From an uncultured Pseudomonadota bacterium (lineage in GTDB: Bacteria > Pseudomonadota > Gammaproteobacteria > Burkholderiales > Thiobacillaceae): DNA of 35,784 nucleotides. The translations under genes and the position numbers were made by a program. How positions within the stretch are numbered: position 1 is the first letter of the stretch; each line of letters begins with the position of its first letter. The stretch lies in NCBI GenBank assembly GCA_903883985.1, contig CAISDD010000160.1:1-35784 (forward strand), written 5' to 3'. This document shows, in pieces, positions 1-8,777 of this stretch. The notes under the pieces are model-generated. The model searched no databases and had not been told where the DNA came from. It saw only the letters and a program-made list of their open reading frames with translations.

Positions 1-246
1 CATGGCGAGCGCCCGCACCAGTCGCTAGGCCAACAGACGCCGGATGTCGTGTATCAACTCGCGCGGCCATCCATTCGATCTGGCATTCACCGCTTGTGCA
101 GCCTGGCGCCGATCCATGTTGTCGCGCACCTCCCCCATCCCGCCCAGGTAGCCACAGCAACAACGGTTCAACCGCCCGTAACCGGCGGAAAGATCGCAAC
201 CTCGTCATTCTCGTGCAGCAGCGCCTCCCCTTCGACCAGCTCCTGA
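1..246 (+). mobile_element. 3' end of a DDE (rve/integrase-core) transposase ORF, partial and possibly a truncated remnant
   Basis: Frame +1 is open from the window edge. Nt 1-54 translate to HGERPHQSLGQQTPDVVY, matching the conserved C-terminal RPHxxLGxxTPxxxY motif of IS3/IS481-type transposases. The frame stays open to 246, but that part overlaps moaD antisense, so the real 3' end is unknown. Confidence 0.4.
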
Positions 247-419
247 TTGACCGCGACCCGGTAGGCGCGGCCCGGAACGAGCTCCACGGCCCAGGGGCCG
301 CCACGCAGTCGCAGCCAATCCAGCAGTTCGGACAGGGTCCGAACAGGCGCCAGCGGCGTCTCCTCTGCCATGGCGAAGGCCTCACGCAGGCGGGCAAAAT
401 AACGCATGCGTAATTTCAT
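168..419 (-). CDS. moaD: Molybdopterin synthase sulfur-carrier subunit MoaD
   Basis: 83-aa ORF ending in FPPVTGG (C-terminal Gly-Gly). Colinear by eye with E. coli MoaD (AVNQ...DEVAFFPPVTGG). AAGGAG lies 6 nt upstream of the ATG. Confidence 0.9.
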   Translation of the reverse strand: MKLRMRYFARLREAFAMAEETPLAPVRTLSELLDWLRLRGGPWAVELVPGRAYRVAVNQELVEGEALLHENDEVAIFPPVTGG

Positions 420-653
420 TTCAGTCTCCTTCGACGGCGCGATTCATGGGCAATAGCGGGGTTTGAGGCGTTGAGGGCCACGTGCCCCACGCGGTAGAAT
501 TGCCAAGCTTTCAGAAACTGGAGTCCCATGATGTCCCTATTCAACAAATACAATCTCCCCATCACCTTGGTCGTAGGCCTGCTCGTCTGGTCCTGGTTCA
601 GCCTGTTCTCGGTGATCCTGAGCCCCCTGTTCTGATTCTGTCTCGGCAGGAGG

Positions 654-3494
654 TTACTTGCCACGCAGCCTCGCCAGCAGCGTTTGTGCCTCTGCCCGCT
701 GCGGGAAGGCTGCTTGACTGGCCAGCAACCGATCAAGTTCCTTACTGGCTTCGCTCTTGTTGCCGCTTTGGACCAGGGTCTCGGCCAAGTGCCAGCGCAT
801 CTCGCTGCTGTCGGGCTGGTTCTTGAGCGCCTCCAGCAACAAGGGTAGCGCCCGGGCGGTCTGCCCCGCCAGATTGAGCTGCCAGCCATAGGTATCGAGC
901 ACCGAGCTGTTTTTCGGCGCCAGCTTGTAGGCCTGCTCCGAGATCGCCAGGGCTTGGGGGTCCTTCAGTTCGCCCAGCGACCAGGCAAGATTGTTGTACG
1001 CCACCAGGTCGGCCGGATCGGCGCGGATCAGGATACGGTAGTTGGCGGCGGCTTCCCGCATGCGCCCGCCATTGAGCTGAGCCTGCGCCTGGACATGGCG
1101 CACGACCCGATCATCCGGGTGGGCCTTGAGCCACGACTCGAGCAAGCGCTCGCCCTCCCCGCCCTTCCCCGCAGCCACATAGGCCTGGTAGGCCCGCGCC
1201 ATGACCTGCCCCTGCCCGGCCAGTTGTGCCGCCTTGGCGAAAAGTCTGGCGGAGTCGAGAAAGTTTTTCCCGGCAAACTGGATGTCCGCCTCGGCAAGAT
1301 AGCCTATCGCCTGTGCTGGGCTGCGCGACTGTAGCGTGCGCGCGATCTTGATGCCGTCTGCGGCATTGCCCGTCTTCGCCAGGATCAGTGCCTTGCTGAG
1401 GCTGGCCTCGGAGAAACCAGGCCGCAAGGTCAGTGACTTGTCGAGCGACTTGAGCGCCCCCTGATCATCCTGGGAGAGACTCTGCGCCTGGGCCAGACGG
1501 AAGTGGGCATAAGGATTGTTGGGGCTGGCCTGGGCCCACTTGCCATAGGAAACCAGCGCATTGGCCATGTCGTTCTGCAGGAGTTGAGCCGCACCCATCA
1601 TGTCGAGGAAATCCGGCTTTCCCGTGGCGGTGAGCGCGGCACGCGCTTCGACCAGCGCCTTTCCGGCATCGCGCTTGTTCAGCCAGTAACGGACGATCAT
1701 CTGGCGCGCGATCGCGTTGGCGGGATCGGCCTTGATGGCCTGGTCAAGCAGCGAGAGGAATTCGGGCTCGTTCTTTTCCAGGCTGGCTAGCCCCGCCAGG
1801 GCAGTCAGGGCGTGGCTGTCCTTCGGATTCTTCTTCAACACAGTCTGATAACGCCCGCGAGCCGCCTTGATGTCCTTGTCGGCCAGATCCAGCCGCGCCA
1901 GATTGGCCGCCGCCGGAAAATAGCCTGGGTCGAGTTCCATCGCGTGAGCGAAGTGTCCGCGTGCCACTCCGGCATCGTTGCGTGACATGAACACGACGCC
2001 GCGCAGATTGCTGGCGAGCGCCAGCTTGGGAGCCTTGCGGTCGAGGTCGTCGATGACCTTCAGTGCGTCATCGTACCGCTTGTCCTTGACGAGCGTCATG
2101 ACCAGCAGCGCATCGGCCTGGTGAGTCGTGGTGTCCAGTGTGACCAGGCGGCCCAAGGCCTCGATCGTGCCGGGCTCGTCCCCGCTCGCCATGCGGCTGG
2201 CCGCCAGTTCCCGGATCAGCCTCTGATCCTTGGGAGCCAGCGCAGAGGCCTGCTCCAATTTCTTGCGTGCGTCGAGATAGTCGCCCTTGCTCAGGGCGAT
2301 ACCACCTTGCAGCGCAAGCAACTGAGCGTCGCCGTTGTCGTTCTTCATGTTGGCGATGATTTTCTGCGCCTGGTCCACTTGCCCCGATTCGAGCATGGCG
2401 CTCGCCAGCAGTTTGCGCGCGAGGCCATGATTCGGCGCCACTGCGAGCACGCGATTGAGCGCACTGATGGCGTTCTCGCGTTTTCCCTGGCCCAAGGCGA
2501 TAGCGCCCACCAGGAAATTGGCGGGTGCGAAATCGGGAGCGCCACGCAACACCTCCTGAAGTCTGCTACTGGCCGCCTCGATATGGTTACGGCGAAACTC
2601 GATCAGACCGTCGAGATAGCGCGCCATCAAGTTATTCGGCGCCTGGCCCTGCAGGGTCTTCAACTCGGCCTGCGCCTTGTCCAGGTCAGATTTCGCCAGG
2701 TAGAGCTGGGCGATAGCCAGCCGTGCCTGAATATTGCCAGGGTCGGACGCCAGCGCCTGACCGAAGGCGACAATCGCGTCGTCGTCGCGCTTTTGCGCGC
2801 GCAAGAGCTCCCCGCGCATGACCAGGATATCCGTGCGTTTTGGCCCCTTGCTCAGTGCCTTTTCCACCAGGGCCAGCGCTTCTTCTGGCCGCCCCTGGGT
2901 ATAAGCCAGGCCGGCGCGCACGGCCAGCGTATCGGGGTGCTCGGCCACGAGCAAGTCGGCCAGGCGCAAACTCTCGGCCATGCCCTCCTGGTTTCCCAAC
3001 TGCGATTGCGCCTGGGCCCGCAGGGCCAAAATCGCGGCATTGGCCTCGGCCGGACCGCCCTGCAGGGCTTGGACGTCATCCAGCAACTTCTGTGGCTGGC
3101 GCAACATCAGCAGGGTTCTCGCCAGCAGAACGGAGGTTTCCGCTGACTGGCCCTGCTGGCTCAGCGCTTTGCGCAACTCCTTTTCGGCATTCGCGAAGTC
3201 GTTGTTGGCGTAATAGATCCGACCGAGCAGGGCGCGAGCCTCGGCGTTGCCAGGCGCCATCTGCAAGGCATTCTTCAGTTCGATGGCCGCACCCTTATGG
3301 TTGCCCACCCGCTCCAGGTTGCGCGCGTTGGCCATGCGCATTTCCGGACTGGCGTGCCCACGCAGCACATAATAGGCGCCCCCTCCCGCGCCGGACAAAA
3401 GAACCACGACGGCCGCGGACAGCAGCACCTTGTGAGCAGCCAGACGCTGCATGAAGGAAAGCGTCCCCTCGGAATAAGGCTCTGTGTCGTACAT
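654..3494 (-). CDS. prsT: PEP-CTERM system TPR-repeat protein (PrsT-like), 946 aa
   Basis: N-terminal hydrophobic anchor (VLLSAAVVVLLSGAGGGAYYVL) followed by TPR-type repeats along the whole length (AxxxLxxALxxxPxNxxAxxxLG pattern). Size and architecture fit the PrsT family. A PEP-CTERM substrate gene lies nearby. GGGAG RBS upstream of the ATG. Confidence 0.8.
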   Translation of the reverse strand: MYDTEPYSEGTLSFMQRLAAHKVLLSAAVVVLLSGAGGGAYYVLRGHASPEMRMANARNLERVGNHKGAAIELKNALQMAPGNAEARALLGRIYYANNDFANAEKELRKALSQQGQSAETSVLLARTLLMLRQPQKLLDDVQALQGGPAEANAAILALRAQAQSQLGNQEGMAESLRLADLLVAEHPDTLAVRAGLAYTQGRPEEALALVEKALSKGPKRTDILVMRGELLRAQKRDDDAIVAFGQALASDPGNIQARLAIAQLYLAKSDLDKAQAELKTLQGQAPNNLMARYLDGLIEFRRNHIEAASSRLQEVLRGAPDFAPANFLVGAIALGQGKRENAISALNRVLAVAPNHGLARKLLASAMLESGQVDQAQKIIANMKNDNGDAQLLALQGGIALSKGDYLDARKKLEQASALAPKDQRLIRELAASRMASGDEPGTIEALGRLVTLDTTTHQADALLVMTLVKDKRYDDALKVIDDLDRKAPKLALASNLRGVVFMSRNDAGVARGHFAHAMELDPGYFPAAANLARLDLADKDIKAARGRYQTVLKKNPKDSHALTALAGLASLEKNEPEFLSLLDQAIKADPANAIARQMIVRYWLNKRDAGKALVEARAALTATGKPDFLDMMGAAQLLQNDMANALVSYGKWAQASPNNPYAHFRLAQAQSLSQDDQGALKSLDKSLTLRPGFSEASLSKALILAKTGNAADGIKIARTLQSRSPAQAIGYLAEADIQFAGKNFLDSARLFAKAAQLAGQGQVMARAYQAYVAAGKGGEGERLLESWLKAHPDDRVVRHVQAQAQLNGGRMREAAANYRILIRADPADLVAYNNLAWSLGELKDPQALAISEQAYKLAPKNSSVLDTYGWQLNLAGQTARALPLLLEALKNQPDSSEMRWHLAETLVQSGNKSEASKELDRLLASQAAFPQRAEAQTLLARLRGK

Positions 3495-3640
3495 ATTGGC
3501 TCCCTGTGTCGCGACTCGAGGCCCAGCATGGCCGCTACCTGCGAAGCGCGCATCTTACCGCGACACAGGACACCCGGCCCAAATCGCGGCCACAGAGAAG
3601 GGCTCGGGACGCCACACGCGGCTCGGCTCCCCTGCGACGC

Positions 3641-4405
3641 TCATTGCAACTTCTTGAGATAATCTTTGGAAAACACCTTGTCGGGCAGGTCGCGCAACTT
3701 CATCAGTTCGTATTCGAGCACGGACTGCTCTCCTGGGCGCAGAGCATCGACCATGACCAGGCGGGTGGGGCGCCGCCTACCCGCCTGGTCACGGAAATTT
3801 TCATAGGAACAGGTCTTCATCAAGCGGTTCGAGAGGGAATAGAACTCTGCTTTGCGCGGCCGATAATTGGCCTTGTTGATCCATAGCAAAGCACGGTGGT
3901 AGGTCACGCCGCGATCCACGGCCAGCAACTCGAGCACCTGGTAGTCCTCATCGTCAAGGCGTTCGCCACGTAGCAACCTGGGGGTGTAGTCGCCCGCGAA
4001 ATTGGTGCGCGCCAAGTCGCCGTTGGCCACCTGGCCTGTCAGTCTCTGCGCCAACCCCAAGCGTATAGGCTGCGACACGTTGGGCATGAAGACCCAAAGA
4101 TCGCGTCCCTTCATGAGTATGATCTGACCCCGCTCCGAGGCAGGTTCCAGTATCATTACCACCGTATTTTCATTGCCTTTGGAAAGGACACGGTATTTTC
4201 GCGTTTCCCTTTCCTCGCCAGGACGGATACTGGCGATGTTGACATCCACCTGGAAGCCTTCTCTCGGAAATCGAATCTCGTCCGAGCGCTCCAGCAGACT
4301 GCGCGCCAGAGCATCCTCGGACTGGGGATACTCCGCCAGGGCCAGGGAGGAACACAGTGCAAGGCACAGAAATATTGGACATAACCGCGTAAAAAGAACA
4401 GACAT
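3641..4405 (-). CDS. LolA-like outer-membrane lipoprotein-sorting family protein (secreted)
   Basis: Signal peptide (IFLCLALCSSLALA/EY). Body resembles the LolA_like family usually found next to MacB/FtsX-type ABC systems (LMKGRDLWVFMPNVSQPIRL...GDLARTNFAGDY). Confidence 0.65.
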   Translation of the reverse strand: MSVLFTRLCPIFLCLALCSSLALAEYPQSEDALARSLLERSDEIRFPREGFQVDVNIASIRPGEERETRKYRVLSKGNENTVVMILEPASERGQIILMKGRDLWVFMPNVSQPIRLGLAQRLTGQVANGDLARTNFAGDYTPRLLRGERLDDEDYQVLELLAVDRGVTYHRALLWINKANYRPRKAEFYSLSNRLMKTCSYENFRDQAGRRRPTRLVMVDALRPGEQSVLEYELMKLRDLPDKVFSKDYLKKLQ

Positions 4406-4449
4406 GTCAGTGACCCTTCAATGACGCAAATCTGTACGGAATCTTTGCC

Positions 4450-5202
4450 ATGAGCCTGGTCCGCATCGAGAGAGTATCCAAGGAGTACCAACTTGGGGAA
4501 CAAAGAGTCGTGGCGCTTAACGATATCACACTCTCCATCGAGGAAGGCGTGTTCCTGGCCATTGCCGGCCCCTCCGGCAGCGGCAAGACGACCCTGCTGA
4601 ACATCATCGGGTGCATCGACTCCCCCAGCCAGGGCAAGGTTTTCATCGACGGGAGGGAAGTCTCCGGCCTTTCCTCCAACGAACTGGCGGACCTGCGCGC
4701 CCGCGGCACGGGCTTCATCTTTCAGACCTTCAACCTCTTCCCCGTCCTCACGACCGCCGAAAATGTCGAATATCCTCTGCTGCAACTGCCAGAGATCGGC
4801 AAGGCGGAGCGCCGCAAACGGGTAGATCGCTACCTGTCTGTCGTGGGCCTGGAAAAATTCGCCCACCATACCCCCAACCAGTTGAGCGGCGGACAGCGCC
4901 AACGGGTGGCCATCGCACGAGCCCTGGCCATCCACCCGCGTATCGTGCTGGCGGACGAACCCACCGCCAACCTGGACAGCAAGACGGGCAAAAACATCCT
5001 GAGCTTGATGAAGCAGATCAATCGGGATCTTGGCACCACTTTCATCTTCTCCACCCACGACCGCCACGTCATGTCCATGGCCGACCGCCTCGTGCGGATC
5101 GAAGACGGGCAACTGGCCATGCTGGCCATGAAGGTGGACGATCGCTGGCAAGCTGCACGGGCCAAGAGACACGAATCCGAACACCGGGAGAACACGCCAT
5201 GA
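4450..5202 (+). CDS. ABC transporter ATP-binding protein (MacB/LolD-like subfamily)
   Basis: Walker A GPSGSGKTT, ABC signature LSGGQRQRVAIARAL, Walker B IVLADEPT, H-loop STHD. Confidence 0.92.
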   Translation: MSLVRIERVSKEYQLGEQRVVALNDITLSIEEGVFLAIAGPSGSGKTTLLNIIGCIDSPSQGKVFIDGREVSGLSSNELADLRARGTGFIFQTFNLFPVLTTAENVEYPLLQLPEIGKAERRKRVDRYLSVVGLEKFAHHTPNQLSGGQRQRVAIARALAIHPRIVLADEPTANLDSKTGKNILSLMKQINRDLGTTFIFSTHDRHVMSMADRLVRIEDGQLAMLAMKVDDRWQAARAKRHESEHRENTP

Positions 5203-6680
5203 ATTTTCGCCCCTACTGCGCACTGGTCGCGCTGATATGGCACCCCCCCCTGTGGGCTGCCGATCCTGACATTCCTCCAGTGGACGCTCGCATAACACTT
5301 ACGCAAGCGGCGACCGTGGATGCGCCGAATACGCCGGAAGCCGGCGCGACACTGCCAGCGTCGAAGGACGAGTTGTTCGGCGCCGATCCAGCCCCTAAGG
5401 AGGCCGGTGGGGAAATCGGCGTAGCGCCTCAGCCACAACAGCTCGATGTGGGCAACACCGCCACGACAGTGAACAAGCTGCATGGCTATGCCCGTGGTGA
5501 ACTGGCGAAAACCTATGCCAGCCCCGCGCATCTATCGAAGGCGCGGGGCACGCTGGAACTGGGTTCGCAAGGCGACTTCGGTCAGGGGGTACGCTGGAGG
5601 TTGGGGGGCCGAATCGACTACGACGCCGTCTATGGCCTGAATGATTTTTACCAGCCGTCCGCTCGCGACCGGGCCGATTTCCAGTTGCGGGAAACCTATC
5701 TAGACTGGTCCGCGGGCGGTCTCGACTGGCGACTTGGGCGGCAACAGATCGTCTGGGGGGAGATGGTGGGGATGTTCATAGCCGACGTGGTATCGGCCAA
5801 GGATCTGCGCGAATTCATCCTGCCCGACTTCGAGACACTGCGCATCCCGCAATGGGCCGCCCGCGGCGAATACTTCGACGCCGACTTCCACGCGGAGATG
5901 ATCTGGATCCCCCTGCCCGGCTATGACCGCGTCGGCAAGCCAACGGATTTCACGAGCACGGGATCGGGCACCGACTTCTACCCCTATCCGCCGGCGCCAA
6001 CACCGCGCATCCTGGACGAAGTCAAGCCTGGCAACCGTCCGGATCATGGGAATTTCGGAGTGAGGCTGAACCGGCTCACACGGGGCTGGGATCTGTCCGG
6101 GTTCTTCTATACCAGCATGAACCCCGCAGCGACCCTGTACCGTTCGGTGCCACTCGCGCCATACACTTATACGCCACACCACGACCGCATCTGGCAGACG
6201 GGCGGCACCTTGGGCAAGGACTTCGGCGACGCGGTTCTGAAGGCCGAGGCCGTCTACACCAGGGGGCGGCGTTTCAGCCTGATCGCCGATCCGGCGGATG
6301 CGGACGGCGTGGTCGAACAGGACACCCTGGACTGGGCCGTAGGCCTGGACTTTAGCCTGGGCGGCGACACCGGCTTGAATGGCCAGTTCTTCCAGCGATA
6401 TTTCTACGACCACAACCCGGGTATCGTCCCACAGCAGACGGAAAATGGCGTCTCGCTGCGCTTAAGTCACACCTTTCCCGGAAACTGGAAGGCGGAGACC
6501 CTGCTCGTGCGCAGCCTGAACCGCCGCGACTGGATGCTGCGCCCCAAGGCCAGTTGGGAATTTCGGACCAACTGGAAATGGAGCCTGGGTCTCGACGCAT
6601 TCAGCGGCCCGGCCACAGGATTATTCGGCCAGTACGACGCCCAGGATCGCGTCTACAGCGAAATCCGCCACGACTTCTGA
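5199..6680 (+). CDS. Outer-membrane beta-barrel protein, DUF1302-like
   Basis: The ATG at 5199 overlaps the ABC gene stop (ATGA). Signal peptide ALVALIWHPPLWA/AD. WRLGRQQIVWGE motif. Alternating beta-strand pattern and C-terminal ...IRHDF (terminal Phe typical of OM barrels). The ORF-track start at 4611 is an out-of-frame overlap with the ABC gene. Confidence 0.6.
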   Translation: MNFRPYCALVALIWHPPLWAADPDIPPVDARITLTQAATVDAPNTPEAGATLPASKDELFGADPAPKEAGGEIGVAPQPQQLDVGNTATTVNKLHGYARGELAKTYASPAHLSKARGTLELGSQGDFGQGVRWRLGGRIDYDAVYGLNDFYQPSARDRADFQLRETYLDWSAGGLDWRLGRQQIVWGEMVGMFIADVVSAKDLREFILPDFETLRIPQWAARGEYFDADFHAEMIWIPLPGYDRVGKPTDFTSTGSGTDFYPYPPAPTPRILDEVKPGNRPDHGNFGVRLNRLTRGWDLSGFFYTSMNPAATLYRSVPLAPYTYTPHHDRIWQTGGTLGKDFGDAVLKAEAVYTRGRRFSLIADPADADGVVEQDTLDWAVGLDFSLGGDTGLNGQFFQRYFYDHNPGIVPQQTENGVSLRLSHTFPGNWKAETLLVRSLNRRDWMLRPKASWEFRTNWKWSLGLDAFSGPATGLFGQYDAQDRVYSEIRHDF

Positions 6681-6918
6681 GCCTGTTTCCCTCACGCTAC
6701 ACGCCTGAAGCAGCGGCGGGCCAAAGGCCCATTCCATCCCAGCCTGGGGCAACGCCCCAGGACAGGAGGCCAACCCAGGGCTGAAAGCCCGCGCCATCGT
6801 TCAGCGCCGTGCCGCAATCGCTTTCTCGAAATGGCTAAAGACCCAATTCCAGAAAAGAGGGCCAAGCGCATTCCGGAATTTACCGCCTAAATCCCGGTCT
6901 GGATCAGGAAATCTGTAC

Positions 6919-7079
6919 TTAAGTAATGTCGCGTAACTTGCCTTCATTAAGCTGCCGGCGCAGGCCCTCATCCCCGGCCCTTCCACCGGAGGGGGAAGGG
7001 GGTGGAACCCTCTCCCTTCGGGAGAGGGCGGAGTGAGGGAGCCCGGTGGTAAGCCAAATTGGTTTCGACAAGTTACTTA
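6919..7079 (-). repeat. MITE-like nested-palindrome repeat, copy 1 of 6 (inverted relative to the other five)
   Basis: Near-identical to the copies at 8588, 17648, 29238, 31282 and 34011. Ends TAAGTAATGTCGCGTAAC ... GTTTCGACAAGTTACTTA form terminal inverted repeats. Internal hairpins CCCTCTCCC-ttc-GGGAGAGGG and a CCCTTCC..GGGAAGG stem. Confidence 0.85.
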
Positions 7080-8441
7080 GTCCAATGTCCTTTTCAGAGT
7101 GCGTTCGTTCTCCTGGCAAGTCTGACGGAATTCCGGGCTGATGCGAGTATCCCTTGCACACAGATGCCAATAGGTCACTGCCGCCCGGGCGGCTTCTCGC
7201 CACGCCGACTCTTCCCGTGGTAATGGCAGAGCCGGCACGTATTCACGCGCAGGGACTTCGCCGCCACGCAGAGGCGCATATCCCATGGGCAACATGTCGT
7301 AGACGGGCGCTAGCTTCAGGCCTGGAAGTAGGCTCAGGTTGCCCTCATGCATGTCTGTATTGGCAATCAGCCGGCCAAACCACCATATGTGGGCGGATTT
7401 CGTCACGTCAGACCGCTCCAGCCATCCGTTTTGCTCCATTGCCACGGCCAATGCAGGCCAGGGAACCCCCGCTTTCCCAAGCAAGGCCCCATTCAGGCTG
7501 GCCAGAGTGCATACGGGCAAGCGTCCCAGCGCACCCTGTCTGTCGAATCGGACCACTTCGAGAAATGTGCGGCCTCCATGTCGCCTGATGGAACTGCGGG
7601 CTGCGGCGATGCCCAACTCAGCGGACAACGTCTCCAGAGCGACGTGCTCACAGACCAGGAGGTCCGCCCACCTCCTGACTGCAGGAGAGTCCTCGGCGCC
7701 CGAGAATTTGACAATGACCGCAGTGGGTTCGCCCGCCAATTCAACTAGCGTGGTGAACTTGGGAAATTCCCCCGCGGCAGAGGAACCCGCCATGCCTTGG
7801 TTCAACGCCTGTACCGCCAGAGCCGGATAGGTTTCTGCGAGCCTGGCCGGATGGATTAAGCCTTGCTCCCAGTGACGCCTTGCATCCAGGTGTCGCTCAT
7901 AGGCCAGGTCACCGAGTATCAGGTCGCCGCTTTGGTCATGGCCGCGGGCGGACAACACTTGCACTACGTCATCGTCGGTCCAGTCATTCAGGCTTTCCGG
8001 CACTTCCAGGTCGCGCCCGTACTGATGAGCGAAATTTCGCCCCAAAAAGCCTTGTGGTCGGATATCGAGAATCGGGTAAGGAAGTCCCTCGAACCAGCCA
8101 TCCTGCATGGGACCCTTGTCGAGCGGCCAAGGAAAGGGCTCGGCGAAGGCCACCGCGCTACCCCCAGGGTAGAGCAGGTCCAGTGTCCCGACCGAATGGC
8201 CGCTTCCCTGCCCATCTATTCTGTACAAAGGTAGTCCGTCCTTGCTGCCACGCAACAACCGCCGCAGAGCATACCGTGAGTGATGCGTGCCACCCCGGCG
8301 GATGACCTCGCCAGGCATCTGCGAGACCAAACGCATCAGTGTGGACCGGTTGATGTCATTCAAGGCATGGCACAACTCAGCACTGGTGGCGCGAGGGTGG
8401 CGGACCAGATACACCCGGAGGTCGTTGGAACTGACTTTCAT
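7077..8441 (-). CDS. hipA: HipA-family Ser/Thr kinase toxin with fused N-terminal HTH domain (YjjJ/HipH-type)
   Basis: 454 aa. N-terminal wHTH-like segment (ATSAELCHALNDINRSTLMRLVSQM). C-terminal HipA catalytic region (IANTDMHEGNLSLL, LAPVYDMLPM). No hipB-like ORF on either side. Confidence 0.8.
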   Translation of the reverse strand: MKVSSNDLRVYLVRHPRATSAELCHALNDINRSTLMRLVSQMPGEVIRRGGTHHSRYALRRLLRGSKDGLPLYRIDGQGSGHSVGTLDLLYPGGSAVAFAEPFPWPLDKGPMQDGWFEGLPYPILDIRPQGFLGRNFAHQYGRDLEVPESLNDWTDDDVVQVLSARGHDQSGDLILGDLAYERHLDARRHWEQGLIHPARLAETYPALAVQALNQGMAGSSAAGEFPKFTTLVELAGEPTAVIVKFSGAEDSPAVRRWADLLVCEHVALETLSAELGIAAARSSIRRHGGRTFLEVVRFDRQGALGRLPVCTLASLNGALLGKAGVPWPALAVAMEQNGWLERSDVTKSAHIWWFGRLIANTDMHEGNLSLLPGLKLAPVYDMLPMGYAPLRGGEVPAREYVPALPLPREESAWREAARAAVTYWHLCARDTRISPEFRQTCQENERTLKRTLD

Positions 8442-8489
8442 AACCGAACAATGACATGACGCAACATATATTGCAACGAATACATGCGT

Positions 8490-8516
8490 ACAACATGTTA
8501 ATAATCAGCATGTTGT
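8490..8516. promoter_or_regulatory. Candidate operator: perfect 8-bp inverted repeat ACAACATG-N11-CATGTTGT in the AT-rich hipA upstream region
   Basis: Read directly from the sequence, 49-75 nt upstream of the hipA ATG (8441). The surrounding 8442-8587 stretch is markedly AT-rich and carries further CGCAACA/GCAACA half-site-like motifs. Confidence 0.3.
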
Positions 8517-8587
8517 CATATTATTCAGAACAAATTACGCAACAATTATGGTCATAAACATTGGTTGCAGCGCTGCACATAACTGCA

Positions 8588-8736
8588 TAAGTAAGCTGTC
8601 GAAACCAATTTGGCTTACCACCGGCCTCCCTCACCCTGCCCTCTCCCGAAGGGAGAGGGTTCCACCCCCTTCCCCCTCCGGGGGAAGGGCCGGGGACGAG
8701 GGCCTGCGCCGGCAGCTTAATGAAGGCAAGTTACGA
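8588..8736 (+). repeat. MITE-like repeat, copy 2 of 6 (right terminal repeat truncated)
   Basis: TAAGTAAGCTGTCGAAACCAATTTGGCTTACCACCGG...CCGGCAGCTTAATGAAGGCAAGTTACG. Hairpins at 8639-8659 (CCCTCTCCC gaa GGGAGAGGG) and 8667-8689 (CCCTTCCCC ctccg GGGGAAGGG). Lacks the final CGACATTACTTA. Confidence 0.85.
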
Positions 8737-8777
8737 CTGGATCAATCAAGAAGACTAAAGTTGTTCATTCGTGACGC

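Noticed and set aside
26-171. Small minus-strand ORF just downstream of moaD (TTG or ATG start; ...MGEVRDNMDRRQAAQAVNARSNGWPRELIHDIRRLLA), with fairly GC-rich third positions.
   Set aside because: Too short. No RBS and no recognisable motif. It lies antisense to the transposase-motif frame, whose third-position GC is similar. Cannot be supported without comparative data.
4611-5198. Upstream 196 codons of ORF 4611-6680.
   Set aside because: Out-of-frame overlap with the well-supported ABC ATPase gene. The signal peptide and ATGA coupling point to the ATG at 5199.
4156-5298. Long antisense or off-frame ORFs in the track: 4156-5298(-), 2121-3146(+), 11397-12842(+), 11035-11871(-), 12999-13847(+), 15730-16353(-), 21428-22150(-), 24991-26010(+), 25829-26812(+), 26754-27632(+), 32209-33105(-), 22468-23202(+).
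   Set aside because: All lie opposite to, or out of frame with, genes that carry clear family motifs. Their products are Arg/Pro/Gly/Ala-rich, as expected for shadow ORFs in GC-rich DNA.
6801-6918. Minus-strand tail KYRFPDPDRDLGGKFRNALGPLFWNWVFSHFEKAIAARR, just beyond MITE copy 1. Considered as the remnant of a gene truncated by the MITE.
   Set aside because: Only ~39 codons, lower third-position GC than neighbouring genes, and no motif recognised. It remains possible but unsupported.
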